In this document: in pieces, positions 63,236 through 64,000 of the stretch
How the letters are laid out: each line of letters starts with the position of its first letter
How positions within the stretch are numbered: position 1 is the first letter of the stretch
Assembly: GCF_009914755.1 (NCBI RefSeq)
Contig: NC_060926.1
Direction: 5' to 3' (one strand)
Origin: the human T2T-CHM13v2.0 reference genome, Homo sapiens
DNA length: 64,000 bases
Position numbers and translations under genes: made by a program
Notes under the pieces: generated by a model
What the model saw: the letters and a program-made list of their open reading frames with translations, nothing else
Database searches by the model: none
Told to the model about the DNA's origin: nothing

Positions 63236-63694
63236 ACGTTGCTTATTTTAAGCCTAGTGTTTCCCATTGCTAAGGCCCCACGAGTCTTGTGGTTTTCAGT
63301 ATGGTTGGTGGGCCCAGGCACTATTCCCAGCCTTGTTACCTTGTTGATGGGAACTGTTACCTCTGATTCTTCAGAGTGGTACTTTCCCTGGCCTCTAGTA
63401 TTTTCCTCTGAAGCGTGCACTGATCAGTTCTCAGCTGAAGACTTGCAGCAGGTCCTCTTTGAGGAGTTTTCTTCCTAAGCAGCTCTCTCCCTCTCAGCAC
63501 TCTGTTCTGTGGACTCTGGAGGCCTTAGATGTCTTGGGCTCTCAGCTCCATCTCTGCAACAGGGAGTCTGCCAGGCTCCTCCTGAATTTACTGTCCCTGG
63601 GTTTTGGCCTGGAAACCCTCAGGACAACAAACGGGGGCAATTTGAGGGCTCACGTCATTTCCCCCATCTTTCAGGGATCATGATCCTTTGTTAC

Positions 63695-64000
63695 TGTCTT
63701 AGTCTCTTTCTGTTGCTTTAAAGGGATACCTGAGGCTGGTATTTATAATGAAAAGAGGTTTACTTGTCTCACAGTTCTGCAGGCTGTATAAGAAGCATGA
63801 AGCCAGCATCTGCTTCTGGTGAGGACCTCAAGCTGTTTCCACTCATGGTGGAGCAGGTGTCACATGGAGAGAAAAGAAGGAAGAGAAAGAGGTGGGGAAG
63901 GAGGTGCCAGGCTCTTTTTAGCAACCAGCTCTCTTGGAAACTAATAGAATGAGAACTTGCTCATTGCTGCTGGGGCAGCACCAAGCCGTTTATGAGGGAT
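63695..64000 (-). mobile_element. MaLR LTR, MSTA/MSTB-like (runs off the window)
   Basis: 'tgtcttagtc...atacctgaggctgg...aaaagaggtttacttgtctcacagttctgcaggctgtataagaagcatg'. Confidence 0.88.

Larger units (their letters stand above)
58185..63690 (-). mobile_element. Long, old antisense L1M (ORF2 toward 5' region) with nested MLT1C, minisatellite, Tigger3 and AluY
   Basis: Minus-strand translations 'MIIYVENS...LKLIGEGSKLAGY' (RT) and 'KLIELQGAIDKPTVIVRHYNTHFSITDQLSRKKISKNIDDLNHTVNQ' (endonuclease). Confidence 0.85.

Overview
Primate genomic DNA, almost certainly human: it carries a nearly intact AluYb8, a human-specific subfamily. It is intergenic or deep intronic. I find no supportable protein-coding exon, structural RNA gene or CpG island, and the long ORFs in the track come from simple repeats, Alus or decayed retroelements. 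Transposable elements dominate: about 22 Alus, several old L1/HAL1 copies, L2 and MIR fragments, MaLR/ERVL/ERV1 solo LTRs, a two-LTR MER65-like ERV1 provirus (~10.4-18.3 kb, with gag and integrase remnants) nested in a MER44 DNA transposon, a near-full-length Hsmar2 mariner (~47-48.2 kb) and a Tigger3. The most notable oddities are: (1) a 46-bp copy of the nearby LTR pasted into an Alu linker, which looks like a templated repair insertion; (2) a multi-layer nested insertion series; (3) an internally inverted L1 ORF2 segment; (4) a 37-bp minisatellite born from L1; (5) a ~1-kb higher-order (CCAT)n array grown next to an L2 tail; (6) a ~19-kb Alu-free stretch with AT-rich, motif-dense enhancer candidates. 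I see no evidence of a new coding system. Repeat subfamily names come from remembered consensus sequences, and boundaries are approximate unless a target-site duplication (TSD) is quoted.
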